IMG/VR virus record: IMGVR_UViG_3300028025_001015
Coordinates: 1 to 57,781 of that record
Direction: 5' to 3' (one strand)
Origin: a virus
Taxonomy: Duplodnaviria; Caudoviricetes
Length of the DNA stretch: 57,781 nucleotides
Of this stretch, positions 16,452 to 26,708 are shown piece by piece. Numbering within the stretch: position 1 is the first letter of the stretch; each line of letters begins with the position of its first letter. The position numbers were made by a program, and so were the translations under genes. The notes under the pieces were generated by a model. It was not told the origin of the DNA, did no database searches, and saw nothing but the letters and a program-made list of their open reading frames with translations.

Positions 16452-19400
16452 TTTCCTGAACATTCCCGGTCAGTTTATTCTGCGCTTGGGTTACGGCCAG
16501 CAAAGCATCCCGCTTCTCATCCCCGCTCATCCTGCTGTTGCGGATCATGGATGCCACCTCCCGGAATGACTTCATTTCCTTCTCAAGCGCAGAGATGTAA
16601 TCCTTGGATGCCAGGATACGCATGTTGTCCTGCATGTACTCGCCCATCTCCTCATAGTTCCCGGCCTTCTCCAGGTGATTGACGGTACGGACAACCTCAT
16701 CCACTGAGTTCTTCAGATCGTAGTAAGCCGTGACCTTCCCACGGGCCTCTGGGTCAAGAGCAAACCGTTTGATGAACGGCATCTGCTCAAACCGCTTGGT
16801 GGCCTTGGGCACATCACTGTTTGCGTCAATGACCAAATCAATGGTGTCTACGGCGTACATCCCAATGGTTCCGGTGTAGGCTTTGATCAGGTGGTCAACC
16901 TTGAGTGGGGAAAAGCCCAGCATCTTGCCGATGCCTTCTGCAAAGGACGATGTCCCAGGCCCCACCTCATAAACGGAGGCCAAGCCTTCTGCGCCCTGTC
17001 CCACAATGGGGCGGCGGGTGTAGAAGTTGTAGTTGGTGGTGACCTCGTAGATAGGCTTGATCGTCTGGGGCATCAAGTCCATGAACAGACTGCTCTTGAT
17101 GTTGCGAACCATTGCTTCGCTGAAGTCCTTGCCCGTGTCGTTACCAAAGCTGAGTTCCAACAGCCGCTCTGGAATCACTTTAAACAACACGCCCACCTCA
17201 AACGGGATTGGAACCCGCATGCCAAGGCTGGGCAACAGCCAGTTGTTGTCCCGTGTTTCTTGCTCTTGAGCAAGGTACTCGTCATCGTCATGGGTCATGG
17301 CCCAGTACAGGGATGACACGGCCATCATGGTCAGACCACGGATGGCAAAGGTCTTGGCAATCTGCTTCTCGTACTCTGAACTTTCCTGCTTTTCCAAACC
17401 CAGTTTGAAAACATCTGAGGCTAGGTTTACAAGCTGTCTCTTATACGGGCGTATACCTGCACGGTACAGCACATCCAGGCCCTGCATACGGGCGTTAAAG
17501 AAGGGAATGGCGGCTGTGGCTATTCGCACCACAACTGAGTTTCCTCTGCGGTTGAAGTTCATCACCTCAAGGGCACGCATCAGGGCCTCAGTCTCATTGC
17601 CAGTTTCTTCCATAACCTTCTTGTAGATGGCCGCTCTGGTTGCCATGTCAGATGCGGTTGTGCCTTTTTCTAGGGCTTCCCAAATGGATGGGCCGACATT
17701 GAGGACTTTCTGACCAAACGTGCGTGGGCCTTGAGTTTTTTTCTTCAGGGTATCGGCCAAGTCCCGGCCACTTTGTTCCACACCCTTGGAAAACTCATAT
17801 CCACCCATGCCAAAGTTCAGCAGGGCCTCAACCTCTGGTGAGTTCCCGGCCAGGGCTTTACCAAAGTAACGGATGGTGTCGATACCGGGCTTGAAGTTCT
17901 GACCGCTGGTCACCCATGCAGACATGGAGTCCCGCATCAAGTTGGCAAGCATGAAGCCGGGGTCTTTGGTAACCAAAGAACGCAGAAGATTGGCGGGGCC
18001 AGACAGAAACCCAAGGCCAGGTAGCTTGGCGAGGTTTAAACTCTTCAAGCTGTCTACTAACAGAACATCTGATACATGGTAATGCTCAATCTGCCCATTC
18101 CGCAAAATGGATACGGTGTTGATGCCTTGAGGCTTGTTGATCCTTGTGGCCTGATCAATCTGTGGGTCAAGCAACATATCAATAGTGCGGATGGCGGCGG
18201 CATTCTTCATCCCCGCCTGAATGGCGGCTTGTGTGTTCCTTACAACCGTCTCAAGGAAGTCGGCCAACGGAGCCTCACTACCCTTTGCTCGTTTGGGAGG
18301 CTTAACCCCTGAGATGTTTTGATACACCTTCGGGCCAATGGTTTCCTCACCCTCAAGCTGGCGGTAGAAGGGGATGTAGTCCCCGTGCTTCTTGAGCTTT
18401 TCCCCGCCTTCTTTGGAAATAACGCCTGTGCTGACTTGATAGTCCACAAGGGCATCGTTATAAAGGTTCCAATCGGCCTGCACCTGTTTAAACTCAGGGA
18501 ACTTTGTCAGGAGGTGATTTGCGTAGGCAATGTCATCCTTGTTAAACAGCTTCTCCTCATAGACCCCGTTGGGGTTCAGCATGTAGCGTGACCCACGCTG
18601 TACACCAGCCCAGAATTGGTAGGCTTGGTATATCTCCGGGTCGTTGTACTTTGCCAACGGAACAAAGATCAACGCTGGGCCTTTGATCGTGCCGTTCTTG
18701 TTGTCGATGTAGGTAGCGCCATTGCGGTACACAGGAGCGCCACCGGAACTGCCGCCCATGCCAATGACCCGTGCGGCCACACCAGCGGCCATGTCGGACA
18801 TCAACGCCGCCGCCTCTGCACTGGAGTCAGCCATCAAGCGGACAATGCCCTTGGCCTTGGCATAGCGGTTATCCAACCGGGCCAATGAGTCGTACTGATT
18901 CAAGAACATCTGACGCAGAGATGTGTATGTGGGCGGGGTGACGGCATCCAGCATACGGGCCGCATGGCCCTTCTCTTCCCGTGCCGTGGTCTTGGACAAG
19001 TAAGCATCGATGACCTTCTGGTCGCCGATGATGTTACGGACGCTCAGACGAATGTTAGGGTTGGCGGGGTCGTAAGTTCCAATGTTGCCGGTGGCTGACT
19101 TAACCTGTTCAGGTTTAAACGCAAGGGCTTCAATGATGTTGCCAAAGCTGTCCTTGGCAATGATGGAATCATAGCCAGCCTTCTCAAACATCTTCCTTAC
19201 TTCACTACCCTCCAAGTCCATCAGGCGTTTACCTGACAGCTTGGTAGCGGCCTCTTTCATCTGCGTTTCTAGGGCATTGAAAGCCTCGTCCGTTAGGACA
19301 AGGTTGCCACCCTTCATCCGGGTTGGGAAGTCCCCTAGATCGATGTTGTAGGGGTTCTTGGCCGACAAATACAGGGGCATCAACGCAGGCTGGGAGAACC

Positions 19401-22400
19401 CAAATGTTTCTGCGTAAACCGGCACAGAGGTTGTGTAAACGCCAGAGCCAAGCTTCCCATCATCAGACAGGTTGAAGGTGCTAAATAAATTACCCTCTTC
19501 ACCCGGCGTTTCCACTGTCCCGTGGAACATCAGTCTTGGTGAGCCGTCATCGTTGATGGCCTTGCTGCCGTCAAAGAAGCGTTTAAATTCTGGTGTGTTG
19601 GGGGCTATCCGGCCAATCAAAGGCGGGGGACGGACGCTCAACTTCTCGCCCCGCTCTGCCATTTCAGAACGGGTTCCACGGTACTGAACAGGTGCGTTGT
19701 GATTTAGGACAACCATCATGCCCATATCAGGAATGGCATATCCATCGTAGCCAGCGTCTACAACCAATGATTCAAAATCATTTGAGTTGCCTTTGGCTTG
19801 ATCAGACAGTCTGTCGCTCTCTACGCCCGGAGGAAGAATGTTGTCAAACTGCTGCGTGTAAACGTACTGACCCAGACCGGCTTCCGGTATAGGCATGGTT
19901 CCGTCTGGTTTTTGGGTATAGAAATAAACCCGGCGATTGATGCGCTCGTCATTGCTTTGGGCCAGCCGTTTGCTTTCTGCGCCACGGATGCCAGTGCCAT
20001 ACTTGTCGCCATTGAGGGTGTTTACCTTGGCGTTTCCATAGTGAGCGCCCTTGAAGCTTGCCGCCCCAGGTTGCAGGGTTCCTAAAACAACACCTTTGCC
20101 CGTTACTACAGACGCAGGTTCTGCGACTATGTCAGGCTCAATCTCCATGGTCGATGCCCACTCAGGCAATAAACCAATCTTTTGGTCTGCGTATTTTGTG
20201 TCCTTGCCAGATGCTGTTTTGTTGAAGTCAGCATTGGGGCCAAAGTTCACCTCAGAGTTTTGTCCACGGGTTCCTGCTGTCATGGCCCGTGCGGCCAAAG
20301 GAGAATACATTCTTACATGCGATTGGAATGCGTTCTCTTCACCTTCGGCACGGAAGCCAAAGCCTTCTTTGATATGACCGTAGAAATCATGTGTAGCACG
20401 GAACACCTCGACCACCCTGGCCCTGCGGCCAGAAATAACGATGTCGGTCAATGCCAGCGCAGGATTGCTCCTTATCTGCTCGTCAGTGATTGCGTCTTTG
20501 CCAAACCCGCCATCAGCAGGGAACACATATAGATGGTTGTTGTTTAAAACATCCAGTATGGAATTTCTTGGGTTGCCGTAGGTGTCTATGGCATCCGGAA
20601 AAAACTCAACCGTGATGCCCGTCTTGAGCATTGCTTTGTACTGGGCAATAGTTTCATCTGCCCATGCTTTGTATGCGGCTTTGACTTGAGGAGCATTCGG
20701 CTCATCAATCATCCGGGCATAAGAACTTGCCAGCATTTTGGAGAACTCTGGGTCAAGCTTGTGATAGCTTGATTGCTGTCGGTAAGGCAGACCAGACTCT
20801 TCGGCGTACAGAACCGCCGCTTCCCGTGCGGGAATGTAGGGGCCAAACGTCACATCAACGCCGTCAACCTTTACCGTTGCTGGTAACCCTTTAACAGGTT
20901 CCTCAAGACCGGGATACTTTGCCCTTGTCTGTTCATCCAGTAGTTGTACGCCTCTTCGAACTCCTCTTTGCCCTGAAACTGTTCCCGTTTGGGCTTTGAG
21001 TCTTCTAGACGCTTCAGCTTGCTGTGCAGATCCATAGCCAGTTCCTTCGTTGTAGTATGCGTTTACAGCGTCCCTTTGAGCTTGTGCAAGCTCATCAGGG
21101 TCATCAAAATATTCACCTGGGTTCTCAAATACTGTTCTGTTGTCATCTGGGTTGTAGACCATGTAAACAACATCAGGCTCACCACCGTTAAACTTTGAAA
21201 ATGTTTGTTTGTCCCAATCATCAGGCTTGTACTCTTCATTCCACTTCATGCGTCCAACAATTTGAAAACCGTTGGCGTTGTAAAGCGATGGAAGAACAGT
21301 TGCAAAAGCATCAAGCTTTCTGCCGCCCTCTTGGACGGCCAGTTGAATTGAAGAATTAACAGAGCCTTTGTGTGGTGGCCCAGAGAAGACTGAAACAATG
21401 TCATCGCCTTTTAGGGCAATACCGGACTTGCCATCCTCCGTCATAAAGAGGCGCATGTCTGCGTAATCTTCTACGGGGTAAACATAGACAGCCGCCCCAT
21501 ATGGGCTGGCATCTTTGGCATCCCGGATTGCTTTCTCGTACACGCCAGCGTCTTTGCCGCTAATTTCGTAGAACACGGGTGATTGATTCCCGTGCTCACT
21601 GACAATCCCCTTAAACAAATCAGTAGGGGCAAACTCAGCTATAGGCTTTGCGCCTAGAACCCGAACGCTTGTGCCATCTCCAAGGCTTCTTCCCGTGTGA
21701 GTCCGGGATTGCATTTCATTGCGTCCTCTATAGGATCGTATGTCTTCTCGGAGGGAGTATTTCGGCCCGTAGTTGATTTTTTCATTGCCTCCACCGCTGG
21801 GTCGAACGGTAGGTTTTGCAAGTCGTATGTTTTCATTTGTTCCTCTTACACTTAGCTTGGGTTCTTCAGCGGCAGACTCTTCACGAACTCCCTCAGAGCC
21901 TTCGATCTTTCCTGTGGCGACAGCCCCACCGTTAAGTCCTCCAGTGAAGACCACACTGGGTCTTGCTCGTCCAGTACTCTCATTGGCTTGGGCGATGATT
22001 GCTTCTTCGTATCCGATGTCATCTGCTTTCCTTCCGCTTAGTTTTTGATACAGACGCTTCTCGTAGTACCACAATGCCGCCTGTATATCTGCCAGTGTAA
22101 GACTAATCCCCCTGTCACGCAATAGGGTTTGTGTCTTTCTGCCAATATCATACATAAATTTTCTGTCAGACGCAGTAAACGGTGCTTCTGCAAGCATGTC
22201 GTACTCGTTCTTATAGATGGTGTTTGCCATCTTTTCCAGGTTATGTTCGTACAGCATCTGCTCGTAACTGTCGCCAGCAGCCTGCTCGGCACGTTTAAAC
22301 CATGCTGGTTTTGCAAACTTCTTGGCTGGCTCTTTGGACTTAACCAAATGCTCAAGTTCGGTGTTGTACCCATAGTCCAGGTACTTGTCTCGCAACGGGA

Positions 22401-25400
22401 CAGCCGCCGCAATGACTTCCTCACGGGTGGCATCTGGCCTGTCCATCATTGTGCGGAACTTACCAATCGATGCCGCAGTTGCCATGGGGATCAGCAGACC
22501 ACGCATGCGGTTGACCGTGCGAGTCCACCACAGATCCATGGTCAGGTAGCCCTCAGACCCAGACAGGTTGGCGTAGAAAGCGCCCAGCTTTGGCCCGAAA
22601 TAGATGGCCGCTGTTGGCACGGTGGTTTCTGCTAAGTAGCTTGCGTCTGGTTTCTTGCCTCTGGCACGCAACTCCACATTCATGTCGGCAACTGTGGTTT
22701 CCTTCAGCAGATGCTGTTGGAAGTTTTCACCATGTTCAATAAGCAAATCCTGCAAGGTCTGCAAATTGTTTTGCAGGGCCGTGGCCCTTCGGTTACCCAT
22801 CGCCACCAGCGGCTTGCCCATGCGTATCTTGGCATACAGATTGATGGCATTGGAAATGTTCTTCTTGACCTTCTCCCCGTTGGACGTAATTGCCACCAAG
22901 GCTGTAAATACAGCCTGTGCGTGCTTGTTGTCTTCCAACTCCGGGAACCGTCTAGCCAAACGCTTCACTGCGTTGGGGTAATTGTGGGAGTACCAGCCAA
23001 GCCCCGTTCCTGTGGTGGACGTTGTGCCAAGTTGATACATGACCTCATCTGCCATGGCCTCGGACAGCTTGACGGCATCAGCTTCTGTCGGGTTGTTGCG
23101 ATCCATCTTCCCGATGGTGTCGAGCGTTTGCTTGTTTAAAGCAATGGCAATTTGACGAACGTTGTTCAACTGACCGGCTCGTTCACCCGGCTCCTTTGCC
23201 ACTCGCAAGCCCAGTTCCCTACGGGCCACTGCTGTATCGCCTTCCATGAGATCAACGGTGGATAGAGGTACTTGGAACCCTGCACGCAGACTCTTCTTCT
23301 CAGTGCCAGCGCCCTGACCCAGGGCTTTCAACTCACCGGCCTCAACCTTGCCAAAGATGTCATCCACTGTCTGGAACCCAGCGCCAGCCATGGCATTACG
23401 CAGAGCTTCAAAGAATTTGTTTAAACGCTGCATTACCGCAGCGATCATCCCAGGTGGGGGTTTGTTTACAGTGAAGTCGGCAAACGCATCGGCAATTGCT
23501 TCCTCAATAATCAAGTCCATGAAGTCCGCTTGGGACATGACCGTTCTCTGGGGCTTATCAGGGTTCTCCCGATTCCAAACGGTTGGCTCAATAATGTTGA
23601 TGCGCTCGTAAGCATCGTAACGGGATGCCTCATTGGGCTTGATTGGCTTTCCATCAGCGTTACGCTGAAGCAGGTACTTGTTCACCCACTCCGTCCGGGC
23701 CTTACGCTCAAGGGTGGCCCATTGCTGTGGTGTGAAGAACCCTAGAGCCTTCAATGCATGCAACGCCTCATGGCGCATGGTCAACAGAGGATTCTCCTCG
23801 TCCATGGCAATCTTGATCAGGCTCTTGTAGTAGGAGCCTCCTGCCCTACCACCTGCAATGGATTGCTCAATCTTCAGGGCAACATCGTTTAAACCCAGCT
23901 TCCGCAGGGCTGGGAGCAAAAACTTCTCCAGTTCGGCAATTTTGTCTTTAACCTCCTGGGAAACCTCTGGCTCTCCCTCAACCTCAGAGCGTTTGACCGC
24001 AAAGCCTTTGGTGATCCCGGCCTTCTTGTCCTCACGGGCCTGCAACTCGGCCAATGCCCGTTTTGCTAATGTCCTGCGGCCCTCAGTCTTGGTCAGCTTC
24101 TTGAGTTGCTGATCGGACATGTTGGCAATGATGTGCTCTTCTGCGGCTGTCCGGGTGGGGAAGGTAGCAGAAGGGATTCCCTTCTGAAGTACAGTTAGGC
24201 CCCTGCGGCGAACAGGAGCTAACTTGCGGGGCTTGATGGAGATCGGATTTGTCTCCGGGTTATATTTATCTGCCTCGTCAAATGCTTCGTTTGTTTTGAC
24301 CTCCTGCTCTTTAAGCAGTTTTGCATGAGCGCCACGGGCATTAATGTACTCTTGGGTGTTTGCCTCGCCCCTGGCCTCCATTTGCTCAAGGTCACTCTGA
24401 CTGTTAGCAATTTCTTCTTGCAGTTTTGTAACCCTGGCTAACGCTTGGTCAGCCATCCGCTTTCTTATTTTGGTAAAGCCTTCAATTCTTCCTGCGGCAT
24501 CTTCGTAAGACGTTGTATTGGCAAGAACCGTATTCCCGGCCATGATGTCAAAGCTTTCGGGCGCTTCGCCGGTTTTGAACTCACCCTCTTGGATGTCAAA
24601 CTCATCAGGCAGGACGGTGGCGGTCTTTGGTGCAACGACTGCACTCTCAGTCACCTCATTGACGTTTAAACCTTTGGGCTTGGCAGCGGCCTGCGCTTCC
24701 TTGCGGGTTTCGTACAGATCACCAACCCTGACACCAGTGGCCGGGTCAGTGACCTCGTACTTCGGGGTCATCTCCAGATCAAAGTCGCCTTGCTTGACTG
24801 CGGTGTCCAGAATGGCCTTGGCATGCTTATCCAAGGTCAGGCCAGTGGCTTGTTTAATTACGTCCAGCGTAGCCTGCTCAGTCATTGGCCCAGGGGTCAA
24901 AGACAAGCCCTGACCGGACAGAGCCGTATCAACGGCCCGGACTGCGCTGTCGTATTGGCTTTGTTTAAACAGTTTGGCGTTAGTGCCTTCGGGCAGAATG
25001 ATGGGCGCAGATTCTGGTTTCGGGTCAGGCAATCTGTTTAAAGCCTGTGAGACTGCAAGCAACTCAGGGCCAGACATGGTGTCTAGGGAGTTGTTGCCTG
25101 TTGTCCGGGCCAAGAAGTCATTCCACCCTTTGGTTCCTGTCTCAACATTTTTATGTAGCGCAATGTCCAAAACATTGTCGGCAGATATTGGTGTGTTGGC
25201 TTCGTATCCTGTTTTAAACGTCAGGATTGACTCAAGCGAACCCTTCTCCCCGACCTCTGCCAATCCCGGCTGGGCATCCTTCAGGTCTTCAATGGAATAA
25301 GTTTCAAGCTTGGGTAAATTGTTTTTTCGGCGGTAATTGTCTACAAACTTGTACACATCAGACACGCCAACGGCCCTGCCAAGTTCATCCTTGGTCAGGT

Positions 25401-26706
25401 TACCCAATGGGTTAATCAATGGATCGGTGACGGGCGCTGCGGCATCCAGCTTGGTTTTGGACTTGAGTTCCCCTGTCTTTTCATCCTTGTACAGGTCTGA
25501 TTCCAGAAGCAATGGAGGCTTTTCTTCTATGCCCAACTCTTGGCGGGTCTTGGCAATTTCTTCCTGCCTCTTGCGCTCAAACTCTTCCCGCTTCTTGGCC
25601 TCTTCCTCAAACGCCTTCTGCTGTCTTTCAACCATCGTTTGGTTGAACTCCCGCACCATGTTGATTTTCTGGAACGGGGTCACTGCCGTGCCAAGCAAAG
25701 CGGCAACAGCGGCATCATGGGCCACTGCGCTGGTTACACCTTTCAGGGCATCAGTTGGTATGCCTGCTTGTGTCAATGCGATGTTAGTGCCCACTTGCCC
25801 TGTGGCGGCCTGGATACCTTCAGGGATCATCTCACCGAATATTGATGAAACTGCGGCCTTACCGTAGCCTGGGGGTAGCTCTGGTGTAAACGGTTTACCG
25901 GCAGCTGAAGCCACTGCACGATTCTTAATCAGATTGGACAGTGCACCCTCAACACCGTAACGGCCTTCTAATGCGCCAGCACCAGCGGCAACTGCTTGAC
26001 GGGGTAGGTTCTGAAGACTGTAAGCCGCCGCCTCTTGAGCCTTGGCCTCTGCTTCGGGTTCTGGCATGCCACGGTTCATCAGTTCCCGTTTGACTGTCTC
26101 GTAGTCCTGACCCTTCTGACCGCCCAGGCCCATGGCCGCACCAACGCCTGTACCGCTTGCGGCAACTCGTCCAGCCTGTGCCGCACGGGCGGCAAGACCT
26201 GCACGGGCGGCAGTCAATGGGACAGCGCCAGCACCGCCTGTCAAAGCGCCTGCGGCAATGATTGGAGCGGATGAGAAGAGGGCTTGGATGCCCTCCTGCA
26301 ATGGGGCGTTGGCAAAGGAGCGAAAGCCAGCACCAGCCTCGTCCAAGAAGCTACCTTCGGCACGTTTCTTCAGTTCTTCGTCCCTGGCAATCTCTGCCTT
26401 ACGGGCCTCTGACAGACCTTCCTGCGCTGATTGCTGAACGCTGGACAGGCCCCTGGATGCGATGTTCCCTGCGCCGAATAGGTCAGTCAGGGACTGAGCG
26501 CCACCTGCCAAGCCCGTGAGGGCGGCAATGCCCACATCCTTGAGTTTGGATGGGGCGCTTGGGGCTTCTTTGAGTTCCTGGGTTGTTTGGCCTGCGTATG
26601 GTGTTTTGGCAAGCAATACCTGTACAAGTTGCGCTTTTGTTGCGCCTTCCGGGCCTTCTATGTCGTAGCTGTTCCCGTCCGGAGCGGCAATTCTGTAAGT
26701 TGGCAT
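16423..26706 (-). CDS. Giant polyvalent / internal virion (ejection) protein, 3427 aa
   Basis: Zincin motif RHEALH. GNAT-like segment KLDAF...Y...GF. ART-PolyVal-like segment (TPEFKRFF..SK...MFHGT...G.G.Y.T...GYD.I...QVKSATGN.G). LPD38-like C-terminus (RVPIPFEVG...PER). Confidence 0.8.
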   Translation of the reverse strand: MPTYRIAAPDGNSYDIEGPEGATKAQLVQVLLAKTPYAGQTTQELKEAPSAPSKLKDVGIAALTGLAGGAQSLTDLFGAGNIASRGLSSVQQSAQEGLSEARKAEIARDEELKKRAEGSFLDEAGAGFRSFANAPLQEGIQALFSSAPIIAAGALTGGAGAVPLTAARAGLAARAAQAGRVAASGTGVGAAMGLGGQKGQDYETVKRELMNRGMPEPEAEAKAQEAAAYSLQNLPRQAVAAGAGALEGRYGVEGALSNLIKNRAVASAAGKPFTPELPPGYGKAAVSSIFGEMIPEGIQAATGQVGTNIALTQAGIPTDALKGVTSAVAHDAAVAALLGTAVTPFQKINMVREFNQTMVERQQKAFEEEAKKREEFERKRQEEIAKTRQELGIEEKPPLLLESDLYKDEKTGELKSKTKLDAAAPVTDPLINPLGNLTKDELGRAVGVSDVYKFVDNYRRKNNLPKLETYSIEDLKDAQPGLAEVGEKGSLESILTFKTGYEANTPISADNVLDIALHKNVETGTKGWNDFLARTTGNNSLDTMSGPELLAVSQALNRLPDPKPESAPIILPEGTNAKLFKQSQYDSAVRAVDTALSGQGLSLTPGPMTEQATLDVIKQATGLTLDKHAKAILDTAVKQGDFDLEMTPKYEVTDPATGVRVGDLYETRKEAQAAAKPKGLNVNEVTESAVVAPKTATVLPDEFDIQEGEFKTGEAPESFDIMAGNTVLANTTSYEDAAGRIEGFTKIRKRMADQALARVTKLQEEIANSQSDLEQMEARGEANTQEYINARGAHAKLLKEQEVKTNEAFDEADKYNPETNPISIKPRKLAPVRRRGLTVLQKGIPSATFPTRTAAEEHIIANMSDQQLKKLTKTEGRRTLAKRALAELQAREDKKAGITKGFAVKRSEVEGEPEVSQEVKDKIAELEKFLLPALRKLGLNDVALKIEQSIAGGRAGGSYYKSLIKIAMDEENPLLTMRHEALHALKALGFFTPQQWATLERKARTEWVNKYLLQRNADGKPIKPNEASRYDAYERINIIEPTVWNRENPDKPQRTVMSQADFMDLIIEEAIADAFADFTVNKPPPGMIAAVMQRLNKFFEALRNAMAGAGFQTVDDIFGKVEAGELKALGQGAGTEKKSLRAGFQVPLSTVDLMEGDTAVARRELGLRVAKEPGERAGQLNNVRQIAIALNKQTLDTIGKMDRNNPTEADAVKLSEAMADEVMYQLGTTSTTGTGLGWYSHNYPNAVKRLARRFPELEDNKHAQAVFTALVAITSNGEKVKKNISNAINLYAKIRMGKPLVAMGNRRATALQNNLQTLQDLLIEHGENFQQHLLKETTVADMNVELRARGKKPDASYLAETTVPTAAIYFGPKLGAFYANLSGSEGYLTMDLWWTRTVNRMRGLLIPMATAASIGKFRTMMDRPDATREEVIAAAVPLRDKYLDYGYNTELEHLVKSKEPAKKFAKPAWFKRAEQAAGDSYEQMLYEHNLEKMANTIYKNEYDMLAEAPFTASDRKFMYDIGRKTQTLLRDRGISLTLADIQAALWYYEKRLYQKLSGRKADDIGYEEAIIAQANESTGRARPSVVFTGGLNGGAVATGKIEGSEGVREESAAEEPKLSVRGTNENIRLAKPTVRPSGGGNEKINYGPKYSLREDIRSYRGRNEMQSRTHTGRSLGDGTSVRVLGAKPIAEFAPTDLFKGIVSEHGNQSPVFYEISGKDAGVYEKAIRDAKDASPYGAAVYVYPVEDYADMRLFMTEDGKSGIALKGDDIVSVFSGPPHKGSVNSSIQLAVQEGGRKLDAFATVLPSLYNANGFQIVGRMKWNEEYKPDDWDKQTFSKFNGGEPDVVYMVYNPDDNRTVFENPGEYFDDPDELAQAQRDAVNAYYNEGTGYGSAQQAEASRRLKAQTGTVSGQRGVRRGVQLLDEQTRAKYPGLEEPVKGLPATVKVDGVDVTFGPYIPAREAAVLYAEESGLPYRQQSSYHKLDPEFSKMLASSYARMIDEPNAPQVKAAYKAWADETIAQYKAMLKTGITVEFFPDAIDTYGNPRNSILDVLNNNHLYVFPADGGFGKDAITDEQIRSNPALALTDIVISGRRARVVEVFRATHDFYGHIKEGFGFRAEGEENAFQSHVRMYSPLAARAMTAGTRGQNSEVNFGPNADFNKTASGKDTKYADQKIGLLPEWASTMEIEPDIVAEPASVVTGKGVVLGTLQPGAASFKGAHYGNAKVNTLNGDKYGTGIRGAESKRLAQSNDERINRRVYFYTQKPDGTMPIPEAGLGQYVYTQQFDNILPPGVESDRLSDQAKGNSNDFESLVVDAGYDGYAIPDMGMMVVLNHNAPVQYRGTRSEMAERGEKLSVRPPPLIGRIAPNTPEFKRFFDGSKAINDDGSPRLMFHGTVETPGEEGNLFSTFNLSDDGKLGSGVYTTSVPVYAETFGFSQPALMPLYLSAKNPYNIDLGDFPTRMKGGNLVLTDEAFNALETQMKEAATKLSGKRLMDLEGSEVRKMFEKAGYDSIIAKDSFGNIIEALAFKPEQVKSATGNIGTYDPANPNIRLSVRNIIGDQKVIDAYLSKTTAREEKGHAARMLDAVTPPTYTSLRQMFLNQYDSLARLDNRYAKAKGIVRLMADSSAEAAALMSDMAAGVAARVIGMGGSSGGAPVYRNGATYIDNKNGTIKGPALIFVPLAKYNDPEIYQAYQFWAGVQRGSRYMLNPNGVYEEKLFNKDDIAYANHLLTKFPEFKQVQADWNLYNDALVDYQVSTGVISKEGGEKLKKHGDYIPFYRQLEGEETIGPKVYQNISGVKPPKRAKGSEAPLADFLETVVRNTQAAIQAGMKNAAAIRTIDMLLDPQIDQATRINKPQGINTVSILRNGQIEHYHVSDVLLVDSLKSLNLAKLPGLGFLSGPANLLRSLVTKDPGFMLANLMRDSMSAWVTSGQNFKPGIDTIRYFGKALAGNSPEVEALLNFGMGGYEFSKGVEQSGRDLADTLKKKTQGPRTFGQKVLNVGPSIWEALEKGTTASDMATRAAIYKKVMEETGNETEALMRALEVMNFNRRGNSVVVRIATAAIPFFNARMQGLDVLYRAGIRPYKRQLVNLASDVFKLGLEKQESSEYEKQIAKTFAIRGLTMMAVSSLYWAMTHDDDEYLAQEQETRDNNWLLPSLGMRVPIPFEVGVLFKVIPERLLELSFGNDTGKDFSEAMVRNIKSSLFMDLMPQTIKPIYEVTTNYNFYTRRPIVGQGAEGLASVYEVGPGTSSFAEGIGKMLGFSPLKVDHLIKAYTGTIGMYAVDTIDLVIDANSDVPKATKRFEQMPFIKRFALDPEARGKVTAYYDLKNSVDEVVRTVNHLEKAGNYEEMGEYMQDNMRILASKDYISALEKEMKSFREVASMIRNSRMSGDEKRDALLAVTQAQNKLTGNVQEIKKMIASGD
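20871..21035 (-). CDS. Nested small ORF in the +1 frame of the giant gene (54 aa)
   Basis: MDLHSKLKRLEDSKPKREQFQGKEEFEEAYNYWMNRQ...; GAAGGA SD upstream; overlaps an inter-domain linker. Confidence 0.5.
   Translation of the reverse strand: MDLHSKLKRLEDSKPKREQFQGKEEFEEAYNYWMNRQGQSIPVLRNLLKGYQQR
21654..21836 (-). CDS. Nested small ORF in the +1 frame of the giant gene (60 aa)
   Basis: AAGAGGA SD 4 nt before ATG; protein-like sequence ...DPIEDAMKCNPGLTREEALEMAQAFGF. Confidence 0.55.
   Translation of the reverse strand: MKTYDLQNLPFDPAVEAMKKSTTGRNTPSEKTYDPIEDAMKCNPGLTREEALEMAQAFGF
21852..21983 (-). CDS. Nested small ORF in the +1 frame of the giant gene (43 aa)
   Basis: MRVLDEQDPVWSSLEDLTVGLSPQERSKALREFVKSLPLKNPS. 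Stops just before the SD of the next nested ORF; its own SD is weak. Confidence 0.35.
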   Translation of the reverse strand: MRVLDEQDPVWSSLEDLTVGLSPQERSKALREFVKSLPLKNPS

Positions 26707-26708
26707 GC

